This document shows positions 31,312 to 32,000 of a stretch of 32,000 nt of DNA, piece by piece. Source of the stretch: Candidatus Bathyarchaeia archaeon (GTDB lineage Archaea; Thermoproteota; Bathyarchaeia; JBHIEI01); the NCBI GenBank assembly GCA_046760555.1, contig JBHIEI010000004.1, forward strand, positions 322-32,321. The letters are read 5' to 3'. A program made the translations under genes and the position numbers. The notes under the pieces are model-generated. The model saw only the letters and a program-made list of their open reading frames with translations, searched no databases and was not told the origin of the DNA. The stretch's first letter is position 1, and each line of letters opens with the position of its first letter.

Positions 31312-32000
31312 ATGAACGCAGTCGATCTGGTGCTCGACGAGATCCGTCAGCGTATAGTACCTACTAGGAAGGATGAGGAGAAGATTAGGGAACTACAGGA
31401 CGACCTGATCGGGCGGGTTGAGAAAGCACTGAGAAAGCACCGAGTAAGGGCGACCGTTTCTCCCCAGGGATCCGTGGTGAAGGGAACGTGGCTTAGGGAT
31501 GACGTCGACGTCGACATCTTCGTTCTTTTTCCGACCAGCGTAACAAAGGAGGGGCTGGCCAACGTCGGTCTAAAGGTGGCTAGGGAGGCCATGCGAGGGT
31601 TCGAACAAATCCACCGATACGCCGAGCACCCCTATCTGGAATGTATGGTGCCCCTGGAGGGCACGAAAGTCAGAGTAGATGTGGTGCCGTGCTATCATGT
31701 GGAGAGGGGCAGGTGGCTTAGTGCCACAGACAGGACGCCCTATCATACTCGTTACGTGCTCAAGCGCCTGCGTGAAAGTGCAAGTCTTGGTAATGAGATA
31801 AGATGCACCAAAGCCTTTCTCAGGGGTCTAGGGGTATACGGTGCCGAGATCAGGGTACAGGGATTCAGCGGCTACGCCTGCGAGTTACTCACGATTCATT
31901 TCGGATCTTTCCTCGGTCTTCTGAATGCCGCATCGAAATGGCGGGGCAGAGAGACGGTCGATGTGGAGGGGCACTACTCGGGAAGAGAGAAGGAGCTCAG
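31312..32000 (+). CDS. cca: CCA-adding enzyme (archaeal class I tRNA nucleotidyltransferase), 5' part; continues beyond the window
   Basis: Absent from the ORF track because there is no stop in the window. ATG at 31312: MNAVDLVLDEIRQRIVPTRKDEEK...SPQGSVVKGTWLRDDVDVDIFVLFP...RYAEHPYLECMV...VDVVPCY...TDRTPYHTRYV...KAFLRGLGVYGAEIRVQGFSGYACELL. These are hallmark motifs of the archaeal CCA enzyme. Confidence 0.85.
   Translation, partial: MNAVDLVLDEIRQRIVPTRKDEEKIRELQDDLIGRVEKALRKHRVRATVSPQGSVVKGTWLRDDVDVDIFVLFPTSVTKEGLANVGLKVAREAMRGFEQIHRYAEHPYLECMVPLEGTKVRVDVVPCYHVERGRWLSATDRTPYHTRYVLKRLRESASLGNEIRCTKAFLRGLGVYGAEIRVQGFSGYACELLTIHFGSFLGLLNAASKWRGRETVDVEGHYSGREKEL

Noticed and set aside
1-32000. 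A search for CRISPR arrays, long direct or inverted repeats, IS elements and integrases.
   Set aside because: I saw no regularly spaced repeats and no transposase or integrase motifs. The only notable repeats are short, and all are discussed under the tRNA entries. They are the AGAGC direct repeat flanking the tRNA-Thr insertion, GGCTGTGG in the tRNA-Trp acceptor stem and intron, and the 10-nt anticodon complement in the tRNA-Trp intron.

Overview
This is an archaeal chromosomal segment. It carries archaeal DnaG primase, a family-B DNA polymerase, type-II GAPDH, archaeal PGK, split PheRS alpha/beta, a class-I CCA-adding enzyme, an archaeal SRP (7S) RNA, a 5S rRNA and tRNA genes with bulge-helix-bulge (BHB) type introns. 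Several tRNAs carry two or non-canonically placed insertions, which suggests a TACK/Korarchaeota-like lineage, but I cannot place it more precisely. Most of the window is housekeeping: a Mo-hydroxylase operon at 0.5-4.4 kb; a tRNA-thiolation enzyme and site-2 protease at 7.5-9.6 kb; and rimI-like, polB, dnaG, gap, tyrS, pheT, pheS and map at 10.1-20.4 kb, followed by pgk, rpiA and cca. I found eight RNA genes by eye that the ORF track covers with spurious ORFs: SRP RNA, 5S rRNA, and tRNA-Ser, Trp, Pro, Thr(UGU), Met(CAU) and Thr(CGU). There are three accessory-looking patches. (i) 4.4-6.7 kb holds small genes including a DUF5678-like/retropepsin-like pair, and an ArsR regulator next to a truncated acr3 remnant. 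(ii) 22.2-24.8 kb holds a tight operon of a frameshift-split TGT-like (tRNA-guanine-transglycosylase fold) protein, a free-standing double-motif LAGLIDADG nuclease-like protein and orphan ORFs, wedged between the 5S rRNA and a tRNA cluster. This is my best candidate for an undescribed system. (iii) 28.6-30.4 kb holds a MEDS protein and a GAF-DUF835 protein. I recognised no CRISPR array, transposase or integrase. Many genes appear to start at TTG/GTG or overlap by ATGA/GTGA, so several 5' ends from the ORF track are uncertain. I adjusted three of them: the tRNA-thiolation gene, the site-2 protease and dnaG. All family assignments come from motif recognition by eye, not database searches.
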